DNA from: Tubiluchus corallicola
Lineage: Eukaryota; Animalia; Priapulida
DNA length: 64,000 nt
Assembly: GCA_030141605.1 (NCBI GenBank)
Contig: JAQGDQ010000013.1
Span: 696,447-760,446, forward strand
Direction of reading: 5' to 3'
How positions within the stretch are numbered: the first letter of the stretch is position 1; the number at the start of each line of letters is the position of its first letter. The position numbers and the translations under genes were made by a program. This document shows, piece by piece, positions 51,801-64,000 of the stretch. The notes under the pieces are model-generated. The model saw only the letters and a program-made list of their open reading frames with translations. It was not told the origin of the DNA and ran no database searches.

Positions 51801-54800
51801 ACTTTTTTATGCAGTTTATAGAAGTCTCACTTTTTTTACAGAATCAGTTTTGTCATAAAATCAATGTAAGCAAATAAAGAAATGAAATTTAGTTCAAGAA
51901 AATTTACTGAACTAGTGGTATCATACTGTTCAGCAGCTGTAAGCCTGCCTACTGCATAAAAAAGTTCAAAGTTTCATTAATTAAATGTGACTGTCATTGC
52001 CAGAATTTTTATAAAACATTACGGTTTATTTTACGAATTATTACCCACTGCAGGTAACGAGTTGGAGAAAGAAGACACTGAAGAATTGTGGACTAGTCGA
52101 CATTTGAACTCGAGACCTGGGATTAGTACTCCCATACTCTACCAGCCCAGCATGATAAAGCAAATCCTAAGATTTCCTCCTTGTAGGTCACAATCCAACA
52201 GCACCACCTGTACCCATGACCCTGTATCCAGTAGGGAGATACTTTTGGTATCAATACTTTCCCAAATTAGCTGGGCAACTAATAATCATTAATTAATTAT
52301 GACCGTGTTTGCCAGAATTTGCTCTGTCTGTCATGCTGAGCTGGTAGCTTAGGTACTAGAACATGGAAGTACTTATCCCAGGTCTTAGGTTCAAATCCTG
52401 ATGATCCACATTTTTTTGGTGTCTCCTTTTTTCAACTTACTTGCAATGGGTAATAATTGATATAATAAGTTGCTATGGTTTATAAAAATTCTGGCAATCA
52501 TAGTCATAATTAATTAACGATATTGTTAGTTGTTAGCTAATTTGGGAAAGTATTGATACAAGTTTGTTCACCAGTTAAATTTTGCACATAGACACCCGGA
52601 TTCCTCAAACAATGTAACAGAAATTACTGATCTGGAAATTGTGGTTTTAATTCTTTCTCCTAATTAATAAACACAAGTAGTAAGTTCAGTTTACCAAGAT
52701 ATTTCTGTGTAAATGATAAAAAATGATTTAATTTTCAAAGTTGAGAGCTAATTTTAAGTATCAGTATCAAATTTAATTATAATAAATTTCGCAGACCAGT
52801 TTTCACTAATATTATGTTATAATGTTAATTAAAATGCAATGATTTGGAAGTCACAACTACAAAACGCAGCTGTACGAGATACAGTCAACCTCAGGTATAA
52901 GGTACTCACTTATAATGGACACTCGCTTATAAGGGACCATCAACACCGGTCCCCATTTTTCGTAACATTTTTCCCATGTAAAAATCTTTGTATATAAGGT
53001 ACTCGGATGTAAGGGATTATCGGTTATAAGGGACGATATCTTCAGGTTTCGTGAAATAGAAATCCAGGTAAATTACCTCGCATATAAGGGACCCTATGAT
53101 CAAAGCGAAATTGATCGATTTTTAACCTCAATTTTTTGCAAACTCGGCCTTTGAACAGCTCAGTTTTCACAGTGACTTACATCTGGCATCACTGAAGGAG
53201 CTTCCTACATACCGTTTGCACTGAATGTTTAGCAATAATCCATAAAAATATGGGTAAAAGTACAGAAAAGTACAGGTCTAGATACACCCTCGGTCTGACT
53301 CAACTTCGGCTAATAAGGGATATCGGATATAAGGGACGGTTTTTTCTGGTCCGGAGGTGTCTCTTATATCCGAGGTTGACTGTAGTTACAATTGTGAATT
53401 CATAAGCTTGCTTACCTTAGACAAATCAAAAATACATTTTTGATGAAAAAATTGAAGAAACGCTTTCAAAACTGCTAACTGCAGTGTTTGCACTGTAACA
53501 ACGTACAGTATCAATTGTGTGAAATCGCTTAATGCTGAAAATTTCAAGTATTCAGACATTTCAACTATTCAACTGCAGCGTTTGCACTGTAACAATATAC
53601 AGTATCAATTGTGTGAAATTGGCTGAAATTTTGTGTGAATGCAGAAAATTTCAACTATTCAGACACGACACTCTGATACACTTTGGCCTCAAGTTTACTA
53701 TATTTTTAAAGAGAAATTCCAGTTAAAAGATGAAACAACCTTAATTTCTATTAAGCCGATCAGCTGGTTTTTCCTGGAACTCTGTACAGCAGACAGTTCT
53801 CTTGGGCTGCAGCAAGCAGGTGATCAATAAAATGGTATGTACAATCACACAAGTGTACACCAGACTAAGCTACTCGATTGGCTAATTTGGGCAGCATGAA
53901 AGGAGCGTGTCATTCTTAATATTATCCATTTAAATCACTTATAAGTGTTTAAACAAACAGCATGATTGGATAGCCAATATTCTCCTGAATAGAACAGTAC
54001 TTAATTTGTAATCATTCAGCTGTGTCTGAACCCATACAGTAACAGAAAAGTCACAGGTATTAATAAGGACTATTTTGAGTAATGCAGTCCTGAAGGAGTT
54101 AATGTGAATGGGTTAATGGGGTAAGCATTAATAACTTAGAAACATAAACATTGATTAGTACTATAGGTAATAGATAATACCTTGTGAATAAATTGTATAC
54201 ATGCCATGAACATGTAATCTTTTGCATACTCATTAGCCTTCCCAAGATCAGGATAATCTTTTGGAAACAATACAGGGTGATCTAAAAAATAATCATTATA
54301 TTGTATTAAATACGGAAAAAGAAAAATAATGTCGTTAAAAAAATATAATTTATGATTTCAAAAATTTAGTATGGATCTTTTGAACTAGAACTAGAGAACC
54401 AGAGTACTTTGAACAGTAAATATAATGGGTGTAAAAGGTATTCAATATATCATGATACATTTTTAAATTTTTATTTTTATAAAACATGTATTGCTTGTTA
54501 TGAAATAGTATGGAAAAATGGCCCTGTTGCACTAGCAGCCCAAGTAGCAATGCTTGCAGTAAGAAAGTACAACTTTTAACTGTATTTAATTCACTTTACT
54601 TTTCTATAACACCATTTCAAAGATGAAAATTATTAAACATTTTTCAAGACGACAACCATAAGACGTTACTAATGTTTATCATGAACATAAACTTTAAAAT
54701 GAACCTCGTAGCTGTGAACTTCCCCATATAAATGGAATGAACTGATAATCATCTAAACTCCATGAACCATGTGAACCTGCCGGTTCCATCCTATAAGTCA

Positions 54801-57800
54801 GTTGTAGTTTCCGTGCTAAGTCTAAATACCTAAAATATCGACAACTAATGCAGTAATCGAAAGACAAACAGATAGAATTAAAGGGTAAATCAATGATTTA
54901 ATTTAAATAATAATCAGATTAATAAACCCAGAAAAAGAAAAACAATGTTGAAAATTAATTAATTAATTTATTTATTAATACTCAATTAAAATCTACAGAT
55001 AGTGTATAAACATATCACAAAACAACACTATACAATACAACACAATAAAATATTAACTTAAAAATAAATAAAATTTTTGAGTGATTGGGAGACACAAATA
55101 GAAAACTACTTACATGTGCCTTTTATATTTGTGAAAATTGTCAAAATGATCTGAAGACAATCTTTTGCGGAAAAATTTACCATTTTGCTGCTGTCACAAG
55201 CGGAAATTCACAGAATTTGAAAGAAAATTCCATGCGTGAACAATCCAGTTTGAAAAAATTGTCCAAACTGCTTTTTGTTTTTTCTTTGCACAAATGATTT
55301 TAACGAATGGTTACTCTGCATACGATCAGATGAAAAAACCTGGTTAAAAACTTTTCAAACTGACTTATTTATGAATGACTTCACAGAACATATATAGGTC
55401 ATTTTGAAATCGTCTTTCTTCTAATGACTTTAAATTTAAAACTTTTAGTCTGTCGGGTATGAGGTATGAGCAATGCTACACCTAAAAAAGAGCTTAGGTG
55501 TAAAATATCTTTGAACACTCCCGGCAATATCAGTGTCACCTAGGTGATATGGATGCCATACTAGTGTACAATATTTAATGATTGGTCTTACGTATGTTGT
55601 TGATCTTACATATGAAAAATTGTCAACTGTAGTTAGGCAACAGAATACGAAAAATATCGCAATTTTTTAAGGGAAAACTGGACGTTTGTGTAGACATTAG
55701 TTCAAAAAAAGTATGCTATAAATATTGAAACCGCATTTTTTAACAGCAAATTTTAAATCAAAGCTTAGTTTAAATACTTTGAGCAGTTAATTTTGTTAAA
55801 CTTTCAAAGCTACACGCATTTTAGTGAATCTATTAAGACTGGCGATGGTGCCTTTTTGTCACATTTGCATGACCGACAAATAGGCGCGGTACCGTGATAA
55901 ACATAATTATGAACTGCAGTGTTCGTCTGTAACATCAGTGTGACATAATGCTCATTTTCGTGACATCACATCAGCGTCTTATAGCAATCTTTGCTTACGC
56001 CGTGTTTGACATGCAGGGAAAATGCCTACTATTGCACAAACTGTGATTAGTTTGAGACATAAGCAATAGCCATGTTCAGTTGCCGTTAATTAACTTTCCA
56101 AGGTAATTATTAAAATATTAGAAACAACAGCTAACTTTTATAGGCAAGAAAACGTATATTTTGGAATTAAAATAAGATTGAGTCTCATCAATCGTCTGGT
56201 TTTGCTTTAAAGTCTTACCTAGTAAATACCCGTAGGACGACGGCTTCCGAATCGCTTTCATTTAGCGCTCCAATTTTAAACAAACACAACAAGAAAACGG
56301 CAAAAGCAGCTTCATGACCTAAATGAAAATATTGCAAACCTAAACGTAATTCTGTGATATCCTTTTAAACAAAAGTTAACCGTTTACTTACTGCTAAATA
56401 TACTGCACGGTTCATGCTCACAATCTTTGACTATAGAAGCCTATTAGTATGATACAATCATGGGCATCTGCTGGGGGTGACAAACAGGTCATTTGATCCT
56501 TCTCAATCAAGCCTTGTAACCTTGGGCGAGGGGGTTTAGAAGTTGGAACTTTATAATTAATTCCCTAAGAAGTGTCAGGACTCGGAAATTTCTATTCTCT
56601 GTCTCTCACTCAGTAGTACGGTAAATTACCTGATATAAGCTATTGTCACTCTGGCTTAAGAGGCCAGGGCCATGAGTCAAGTGGTCACTATGAACAGCGA
56701 CAGGTTAGGACAGTGGTTCCCAAAGTAGGGGTAAATTACCCCCCGGGGGTAATATGGTTTTTTTGGGGGGGTAACGGGCACCCCCCTGAAAATTTTAAAA
56801 CTTCGCTCGGAATGCATTTTACGTAGTTTTCTTCTTGAAGAGACTGCCTCCGGCAGGCAACACTGTGTAAATAAATAAATAATACATAAATAATTTTGCT
56901 TGCTTGTGGCATATACGTGTGTTTACTTTTTGAGTTGGAGAAGTAGTACTAGGTGGGGGGTAATGGACACGACCGGGTTTCCCGATTTGGGTAACGGTCT
57001 GAGAAAGTTTGGGAACCACTGGGTTAGGACGAACCACAACTACCGATACAAAAGGAAGGACTAACGTCTTTAGCAGTGACAAAACCATGCAGTCTCAGGT
57101 CACATCAGTTCATGTTTATCTGAAAAGTTTTTTCTTTTTTTACCTATTTTTATGTCATAATTTTTATGATATTTTTAGGAGTACATCCCTTTGCCCCGCC
57201 CCACACCCCCCTTGTAAAAGTTGCAGGGAATGCCCTTAGATGCAACTTACGTTAGTAAAATATATCTGTCCGACTTCATAGGCCCTATCAGCTACTTTTC
57301 ACATCACTACAATGAGTGTTTCTTCAAATTAAATTTCACTAATGAACAGGCAGAGGGCTAATACGTGACTGGTAACTGTGAATCAGTCTAAACTTCGGCA
57401 CCCAGTTCACAGAACCAGATAAAAGTGCACCGTGATACAGACTGAAACTTTAAACTTATGCAGGTAGAAAGTTAGCTTAGTAAATGCCTACTGGAGTACT
57501 TCAGTTTTGAATACAGATTGAAGACTTTAAACCTATATGGGTAGCAAGTTAACTTAGTAAATGCCTACTCAAGCACTTCAGTTCTGTTGTCGTAGTTGTT
57601 GTAGTTTAACCAAAGAAGAAATAACTTCAGAACACCAACATTGTTGATTTGATTTAAATGAATTACGGAGTCTGTGAGAAAGCAAGTTTGGATGGGAAAA
57701 TCAATACCGCAGAGTACTGGACCAAGGTTATACTGAATTTTCAGGGATTTCGTAAAGAATGTTAAAACTTGAATACTTCAACAACTGCTAACTTTGCCAA

Positions 57801-60800
57801 ATTATATACTGGGCTGATATGTTAATTCGACAAAAAATTTACAACTGTGAAACAGTTGACAAAGGCACATACATGAAAGTGCAAGAACAAGTTTTGCAAA
57901 TGTCAAATATGTCTAAAACACGACAAATAAACAACAGGTGAGTATGGTGAACCCAGGTCATACTAGAGATCAAGTGGTGATAATGGAAAATCAGCCTAGA
58001 AAAGGTGAAATTTACTGACTTAGTGCAGCTGTAGCAGGAGCTTTCGTTAATTATATCTCTCACAAACAGAACAGCTAAGAGCTTTTGCAAATTATCTACA
58101 CTGCATATTTGCTCTTTTACTTAATTATGGCATCAATGTTAAATATTTGTTCTTCACAAATTTTAAAATGCAAAATTAGCCAAAAGTTTACGTGACAATT
58201 TTCATAATAGCGACACTCAGGGGTAGATGCAGGATTTTTAGAAAGGGGGTGCCGGAATGTCAAAAAATGAAATGTTTCGTTTACCACCGCGGAGCAGGAG
58301 GGAGCAAGAGAGGGGGTCTGGAGACAAAATTTTTGGTAGGTCTAGTATTACAATAGTAGATTGCAAGGTTTGTATGGAAGACACGCCGAAGAATTCACAC
58401 TTTACACATGAACACTGTGAATGTATTCTGACATAAAATGATTTTGCCATGGCAAGAATGTACTGTTCCATCCCCTGGATCCACCTATGACATTTATAAA
58501 TTTATCTAGGTTTTTATGCTACGATGTTTTTAAGCTTTATTATTATGTCTTTCTTTATTCATTAAAATACCTGTCCCGTAGTCAATTCTGGTTGAGTTAC
58601 CAACGCTTTCAATAAGGTAAGTGCTTATCTCATGAACGGCAGCATGAAAGATTTCTGGTATTGCTTCTTTTAACACTGATTCTGCATTCTACAGTAAAAA
58701 GAGACAAAAAAGCAATGATACACCAACCACTTTATTTGGGATTCAACATTCAGTTATCTTCAGATGTGCAGGACAAGACAAAAATTCTTTGTTTGTACAA
58801 TCAAACTTAAATTCGGTAAAAAAATTGCTATTCTTTTTAAGAACATGATTATAATCAAGGCTTAGCAGGTTTTAAAAAGGGATAAGCGGATCAATTAATT
58901 TTCCGGTCCGCAAACTTGAGATCCGCTGTCCGTTAAAAATCCGTATTTTCCTATTAACAGCGATTCAAAACTGCAATACTAAGTTAATCCAAATCTGCAA
59001 TTCATCCTGATTCGCAATGTTTCCGATCCGCAATCCTGCTTACATGACAATTTTTAACACAAATCGGTATACTAATTTGCATTTTCGCCTAATCTTGGTT
59101 TAAAAAAATAAAAATATTTTAAGTCAGTGGAAATTGCATACTGTTGCAGGTGGGTGGTTTCACTTTCAATGATTAGTTGCAACTGTAAGAAGGAATATTA
59201 GAATATTCTCTATCTGACATTATTGTATTATTTTAACATTAGTATTTTTAATAGCAAATAAAAGATTTTACTACTGCTGACACTACAACTACAACCACTG
59301 CTATTACTACTACAGTACTATGTTCGTTTAATGATTAATGAAGCTGATTATTATTTTCATTTTGTTGTTCAATTTGTTCAATCCACGTCTGGTCCGCGTT
59401 CTCCCTTGTTTTCAATAATAGATCAGCAATCTGATCTGATCCGCAAAAACCCAGTCTGCAGGGTCATGGTCCACTCATTACTGCTTTAAAACTGAAACTC
59501 GAATCCTTTATTATCACTCTTAATTGTAGCAGATTCCGTATGTATTATAAAATATAAAGTTTATATCCAAACAAACCTCCTCCAGCTGTTTGAAAAATGT
59601 CCTAAATGCTTTATTGCCAAACCTCTGTGGTTGCTCTATAGGTGGAATATCATCAACCCACCTACTGAGTTTATCTAACATGTTTAACAACCCTTCAGTC
59701 ACCTGAAATAATAAAAATAGACATTTATTTTCTCCAGCATCATTTACAGTAAGTATTAGTTAAATGTTAGATAAGTGCCATCACTGAGCCAAAGGGAAGG
59801 GCCAAAGGGTCATCTAGTCTGGTGCATACAGATAAAATTTAAAATAATCGGTGATGCTGCAGGTAACAAAAATTAATTAAAAAAGAAAAATAATACAACA
59901 GTAGAAGTAATTGTCAATAAACTACAGAAAAAAAGTTAAATATATAAACTTAAGAAAGAGAATGCAATTTGGGGAGGGGCAACAAAAAATTTGGAAACAA
60001 TTAACCAAAATTGATAAGCAAGAAGTAAAACGTTAGCTGATGAAACATAACTGACCTAATACGTTTCAAATGAAATGAACTATTCAATTTTCACGATTGC
60101 AGCAAAACAATCCAATTTAATTTTAATCTACAATGTATTTATCTCTTTTGGTGCACTATAGAATAATCTTACTCACAGGTTCGATAGGTAGGTCATAAAA
60201 ATATTGTTACAGCAAAAACTTACAAGCTAGAAAATGGAAAGTGAAAAGACTAAAAGTCACCTAATCTACTGTCCCTTACTGGCCATAGAAAATGACCATT
60301 GGACACTGGTGGCACAATCAAATTTACTGTTTTCAGTTTAACATAAGAAATATGATTAACCTTTTAAAATGATAACATTTATTATTACTACATAATTAAG
60401 CAATCCAAAATAGAAAAAAATATATAAAGTAATGGGATTAATAAAATAGGATATAACGTCAATTCATTCAAAAAAATTATTTTGCATTACAAAACATATT
60501 TTAATCATCAGGTTACAGACACACAAAACCTGATGAAAAACATTTTATTTTCAGTTAACAAATCTGGTTTAATTAATATATTAAGATGTCATTTCACGCC
60601 TAGGAACATGATCTAAATTTTGACTAACCATAATGGCTTACTGTAATTGAAAAGAAAACATAAAAATACTTGCTTCAGAAATATGACAGTCATCAGATAT
60701 TTTTTTTCCTTTTACTTTTTCGTTCATGGATTGAAGAAAACCAACAAAGTCTGAATAAGCCTGCAAAAAATCAAGCAACATCAAATTTGGAAAATTCGCT

Positions 60801-62238
60801 TAATAGTTGATTATTCATAAAAAATAACATTACGTAATTATTCATTAATTATTTTGCAATAATTTTCTTCAATTCCAATTTAGTAATTCTTGTGCTGCAT
60901 ATTTCGCAACTTTTGTTCTTTTGGTGACACTTCTTAATCACGTTTGAAGTCGTGCCATTAAGGTGATTATCTTTTTTGGTTCACCATGATTCCATTCGTG
61001 TATTTTTATAGCATCGTGATCAAAAGCTTGGCATATATTTTGTGCCACCTGATTAGATCAGAAAGGCTTAAAGGCACACAGGCTTCTGTTAGTTCCCTAA
61101 TAATTTTAGGTGATAAATTGCCAAGCAAGCCCAAGTTCAAAGTCAAAAACAAAACAAAACAAAACACTTGGTAGACACTGCAAATGAAATTGTGCAAATC
61201 GTCCAACAAAAGTAGTTTTGTAAAGAGTATACTCAAAGGTGGACTAGATCAAATATCCAAATCATGTCATTGATACAGTCGGGATCCTAAATGTCATAAA
61301 AGGATGTGATACTTGATGGAGAATACTTTCGACCTGCTTGTATCTCCAAAGGCACAGAACGTTCTGTTTGCTTACTAAAATATGTTTCCTCTATGCTCAT
61401 AATCAAGCATTTCCAGTATGAACGTGTTAGCAAAGAACACGTCATGTTGTTTATCTGTACAAAGTTGTGGACTGACAGTTTTAAACAAAAGGCTTATGTA
61501 TGCCTAGAGCTTGTGCAGTTAAAGACTACTCATACAATGCAGGAAAAATGGCCAACTTGCCAATTAAAAAAGAAACCAACGCAACACCTTTAGAAAGTGT
61601 TTTTTGGTTAAATTACATGAGCAAGTATTTGACGAAACAAGGATGAACAAGTGTAATTTTACAACTTGATATTTACATGCCTAGTAACACGAACCATTTG
61701 TCTCAATGTTTTGCACACCATGGACCACAGCTCAATAATCAATGCCAAATTGCCAATACAGCATTTTGCCAGGTGAGGCAAACCAAAAATTCTCAGAAGT
61801 GACTGTAACATTAATGTGGTGGGTGCTGACAGTGTTCCAAAGAAATCTTTTGCGGACTGGAATCACTGGAATTTCTACTGTTAATGCAATAAACAAATAA
61901 GTGCAAGAATTGAACAGATCGTATTATGAAGCTAAAACTAATCATACTTGAGAATTTTGCCATTTCTTCATGTCCATCTGTGAACGTATTTCCTTTTGAG
62001 GTGTAGCATATTTATGATCTGCTCGAACAACACCTGAAATATAAAATAAAACTTTTCAGAACTTCACTGTTTTATAATTCTTCGCTGTTATTCTTGTTCG
62101 ACATTCCGCTTTAAAGATGTACTAATTAAACAATGTGATAAACAATAATAATTAAACAATAATAATAATAATAATCTATCTACCGGCTACAGTTGATAAA
62201 TCACAGGAAGCAGCCATGCTGTTATTCTTGTTCGACAT
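48815..62238 (-). CDS. PTPA: Serine/threonine-protein phosphatase 2A activator (PTPA/PPP2R4), 10 coding exons, ~336 aa (329 aa if ATG 62217 is used)
   Basis: Exons 62238-62184, 62033-61948, 60760-60674, 59702-59577, 58688-58571, 56318-56219, 54829-54705, 54281-54181, 51700-51593, 48919-48815 join in phase. Motifs [87 protein letters not shown]. Exon 1 is the least certain. Confidence 0.95.
49443..49896 (+). mobile_element. Kolobok-like MITE family B
   Basis: TTAA|AGTCAAACTAAAC ... GTTATATAGGCCT|TTAA; inverted partial copy at 9480-9722. Confidence 0.7.
51973..52167 (-). mobile_element. Partial inverted copy of the tRNA-core TIR element
   Basis: Reverse complement reads GCTGGGCTGGTAGAGTATGGGAGTACTAATCCCAGGTCTCGAGTTCAAAT...TTTATAAAAATTCTGGCAATGACAGTCA, collinear with 52320-52520. 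Confidence 0.7.
52248..52559 (+). mobile_element. MITE with ~70-bp TIRs enclosing a tRNA-like Pol III core
   Basis: GTATCAATACTTTCCCAAATTAGCT...TTAATTAATTATGAC...TTGCCAGAATTT is mirrored at 52485-52559; internal B-box GGTTCAAATCC at 52388-52398. Confidence 0.75.
52882..53382. mobile_element. Tc1/mariner (pogo/Tigger-like) MITE
   Basis: TA|CAGTCAACCTC...GAGGTTGACTG|TA with repeated subterminal ATAAGGG motifs. Confidence 0.88.
53477..53662. repeat. ~94-bp tandem duplication
   Basis: AACTGCAG.GTTTGCACTGTAACAA..TACAGTATCAATTGTGTGAAAT occurs twice. Confidence 0.8.
55671..56206 (-). mobile_element. Kolobok-like MITE with family-A-like terminus but a different body
   Basis: TTAA|GGGAAAACTGGACG ... 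CGTCTGGTTTTGCT|TTAA. Confidence 0.75.
56711..57021. mobile_element. hAT-Charlie-type MITE, probably nested in an older element (~56459-57238)
   Basis: TIR CAGTGGTTCCCAAA / TTTGGGAACCACTG with exact 8-bp TSD GGTTAGGA (56703-56710, 57022-57029). Confidence 0.9.
58218..58490. mobile_element. Degenerate hAT-like MITE
   Basis: CAGGGGTAGATGCAGG ... CCTGGATCCACCTATG imperfect TIRs; no TSD is retained. Confidence 0.45.
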
Positions 62239-62274
62239 TCCGCTTTAAAGATGCACTAATTAAAAAATGTGATA
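62084..62274. repeat. 57-bp direct duplication spanning the PTPA start codon
   Basis: 62084-62140 and 62218-62274 differ at 2 positions. Confidence 0.95.
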
Positions 62275-62295
62275 CGTCCATCGACCTCTACGGAG

Positions 62296-62303
62296 TGACG
62301 TCA
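62296..62303. promoter_or_regulatory. CRE (TGACGTCA) in the PTPA / divergent-gene promoter
   Basis: Perfect palindrome 58 bp upstream of PTPA ATG 62238. Confidence 0.55.
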
Positions 62304-62702
62304 AAGCTTCTACAAATGAGTTTCCAGCAACACACAATGTGAAAGAAATGTGTATTTTCATAAACGGTTTCTGTGTATGGTCTCCGAAATGTTTGTATAG
62401 GACGTTTTCAAATGTTTTGTGAAAAATGCAAATTTTCTAAGTGAAAATTCGCTAAAATTTAACACGAGACACTCAAATCTAGATTTACTCAAAGGTAAGT
62501 TTACTCAAAACAAATCTAAGTTATGACTGCTTGTTTATTTTTATTTTGTGCCAAGTGCAGATGACGTATAAATTTTAGGGTTTCAATACCAATAATAATT
62601 ACTGATAGATATAACATGTACATATTGTTGAGGTGTAGCTATGGTTGAGCATCGAATGATCAAGTTTGAGTGTTAAAATTGGTGAATTCGACTGCAAAGA
62701 CC

Positions 62703-62971
62703 AGACGGTTTAGTCTAGTGGCAAGGACGCATTCACTTTCTATCTGTGAGATCGTGAGTTCGATACACAGCGGCCGGGTCATACCAAAGACTTTAAAAAT
62801 GCCACCTGCTGTTTTCCTGCCTGGCATGCGGTATTTAAGGTGAAAGTGGGGTAATAATAGATTCTGTTACATCTTGGTAGTTTGTTATTTACAGTCAGCC
62901 CAAAAGCTCTATGAGCTTATGTAAATTGTTTATACAAAAAATTGACTTTAAATAAAGATTATTATTATTAT

Positions 62972-63069
<98 letters not shown>
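62703..63069 (+). mobile_element. tRNA-derived SINE with Meta(MESC)-like central domain and (ATT)n(AGT)n tail
   Basis: A-box TAGTCTAGTGG (62711-62721), B-box GAGTTCGATAC (62756-62766), then GGTCATACCAAAGACTTTAAAAATG...CCTGCCTGGCA. The Meta-domain match is from memory. Confidence 0.7.
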
Positions 63070-63853
63070 TTCAACTACTGTACATACATTGACTACCTTT
63101 AAAACATTTCAAACTGCCTGCAGTCAGCACAGTTTAGCTGTAATTTCTGTGCACAGTAATTTCTGTAATTTTTAAACAATTAATAGTGTTTTTACTGCAG
63201 AACAAAATATAGCAAAATGCATGATCTTTGCAAAACTGCTTTTTACTAATGATATAAAAATTAACTCACAAATTTTTAAAGAACAAAAAAGGGGTATCTG
63301 AAATAAGTTTCAGAAAAATCACCTCAAAAATTTTATGCGTATCTTACACTTGCATTGAAAGGATTTTGTGTTAGTTTTCATTTTAAATCTCCCGCAATAT
63401 TGTTCCAACTGCGCGATTACATGATGCCATATACGTACAACGTAAATCAAGGGAAGAAAAAGAATTGTTAAACTATGTACCAAAAAACTTTTTAAGCAAA
63501 GTTATATTGCTTAGTATTTCGCTTACCTGCTTGAAAGACTTTATGTAACTAGAAAAAATATTAATTATCTAAAATATTTTCACCAATTGGTAAAAATGTT
63601 GTTGACTCAGCCTCCAGAGTGCACCATTGACTAACTCACCGGCAAAAAAACGAATTTTTAATTTTATTGACAAGATACAGTAATTTACAATTTTACTTAG
63701 TTAGTGCATGTGTGCTACGAATGCTCTGATTAATTTTTCAAACTTTACTCGGAGTTATCTAAACTTGTTTTAAGTGACCTATTGTCAAAATAGTTGCGTC
63801 TAATGGTCATCGCGGGAGTTTAAATTTACATGTCTTGCAGGGCGTTACTGTCG

Positions 63854-63883
63854 ATGCAAGCCCTGTATGCAAAAAGGCAGTAT
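63854..63883 (+). CDS. Candidate first coding exon (MQALYAKRQY, phase 0) of a gene divergent from PTPA; remainder outside window
   Basis: Acceptor TCTTGCAG| at 63840, ATG at 63854, donor TAT|GTAAGT at 63884; upstream non-coding-exon donor AAG|GTAAGT at 62495. Confidence 0.4.
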
Positions 63884-64000
63884 GTAAGTGGCATAAAATT
63901 CCAGGAGGAATTTTCTAAGCTTTATGTATGTGGAGCGCTTATTTGTGCTTTAAAAGTTAATTTGAATTCGAGTCAGATTCGAAATTTTGAAATTCACTTT

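Noticed and set aside
62703-62775. Functional tRNA gene (also 52335-52410)
   Set aside because: No proper acceptor stem; the sequences are embedded in SINE or MITE bodies.

Overview
AT-rich eukaryotic (invertebrate animal) genomic DNA with spliceosomal introns, not a prokaryotic locus. Genes read from the sequence: an intronless THOC2 CDS (minus strand, runs off the left edge and is missed by the ORF track) head-to-head with 7-exon POFUT1; an intronless IER-family immediate-early gene; intronless LACTB2; a domesticated, catalytically dead Tigger/pogo transposase gene (one intron, one apparent +1 frameshift); a ~21 kb repeat-rich gene desert; 10-exon PTPA (PP2A activator, minus strand); and the probable first exons of a gene divergent from PTPA. 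Main points of interest: (1) IER and PTPA are convergent neighbours like human PTPA-IER5L, and the divergent gene may be CRAT, suggesting an ancient CRAT-PTPA-IER block linking two PP2A regulators; (2) THOC2 and LACTB2 have no coding introns while their neighbours keep theirs; (3) 2 of 16 coding introns use GC donors; (4) an inverted-repeat element carries a tRNA-like Pol III core; (5) there are many MITEs (Kolobok-, Tc1/mariner- and hAT-like), some nested. Gene names come from remembered protein motifs; no database search was run.
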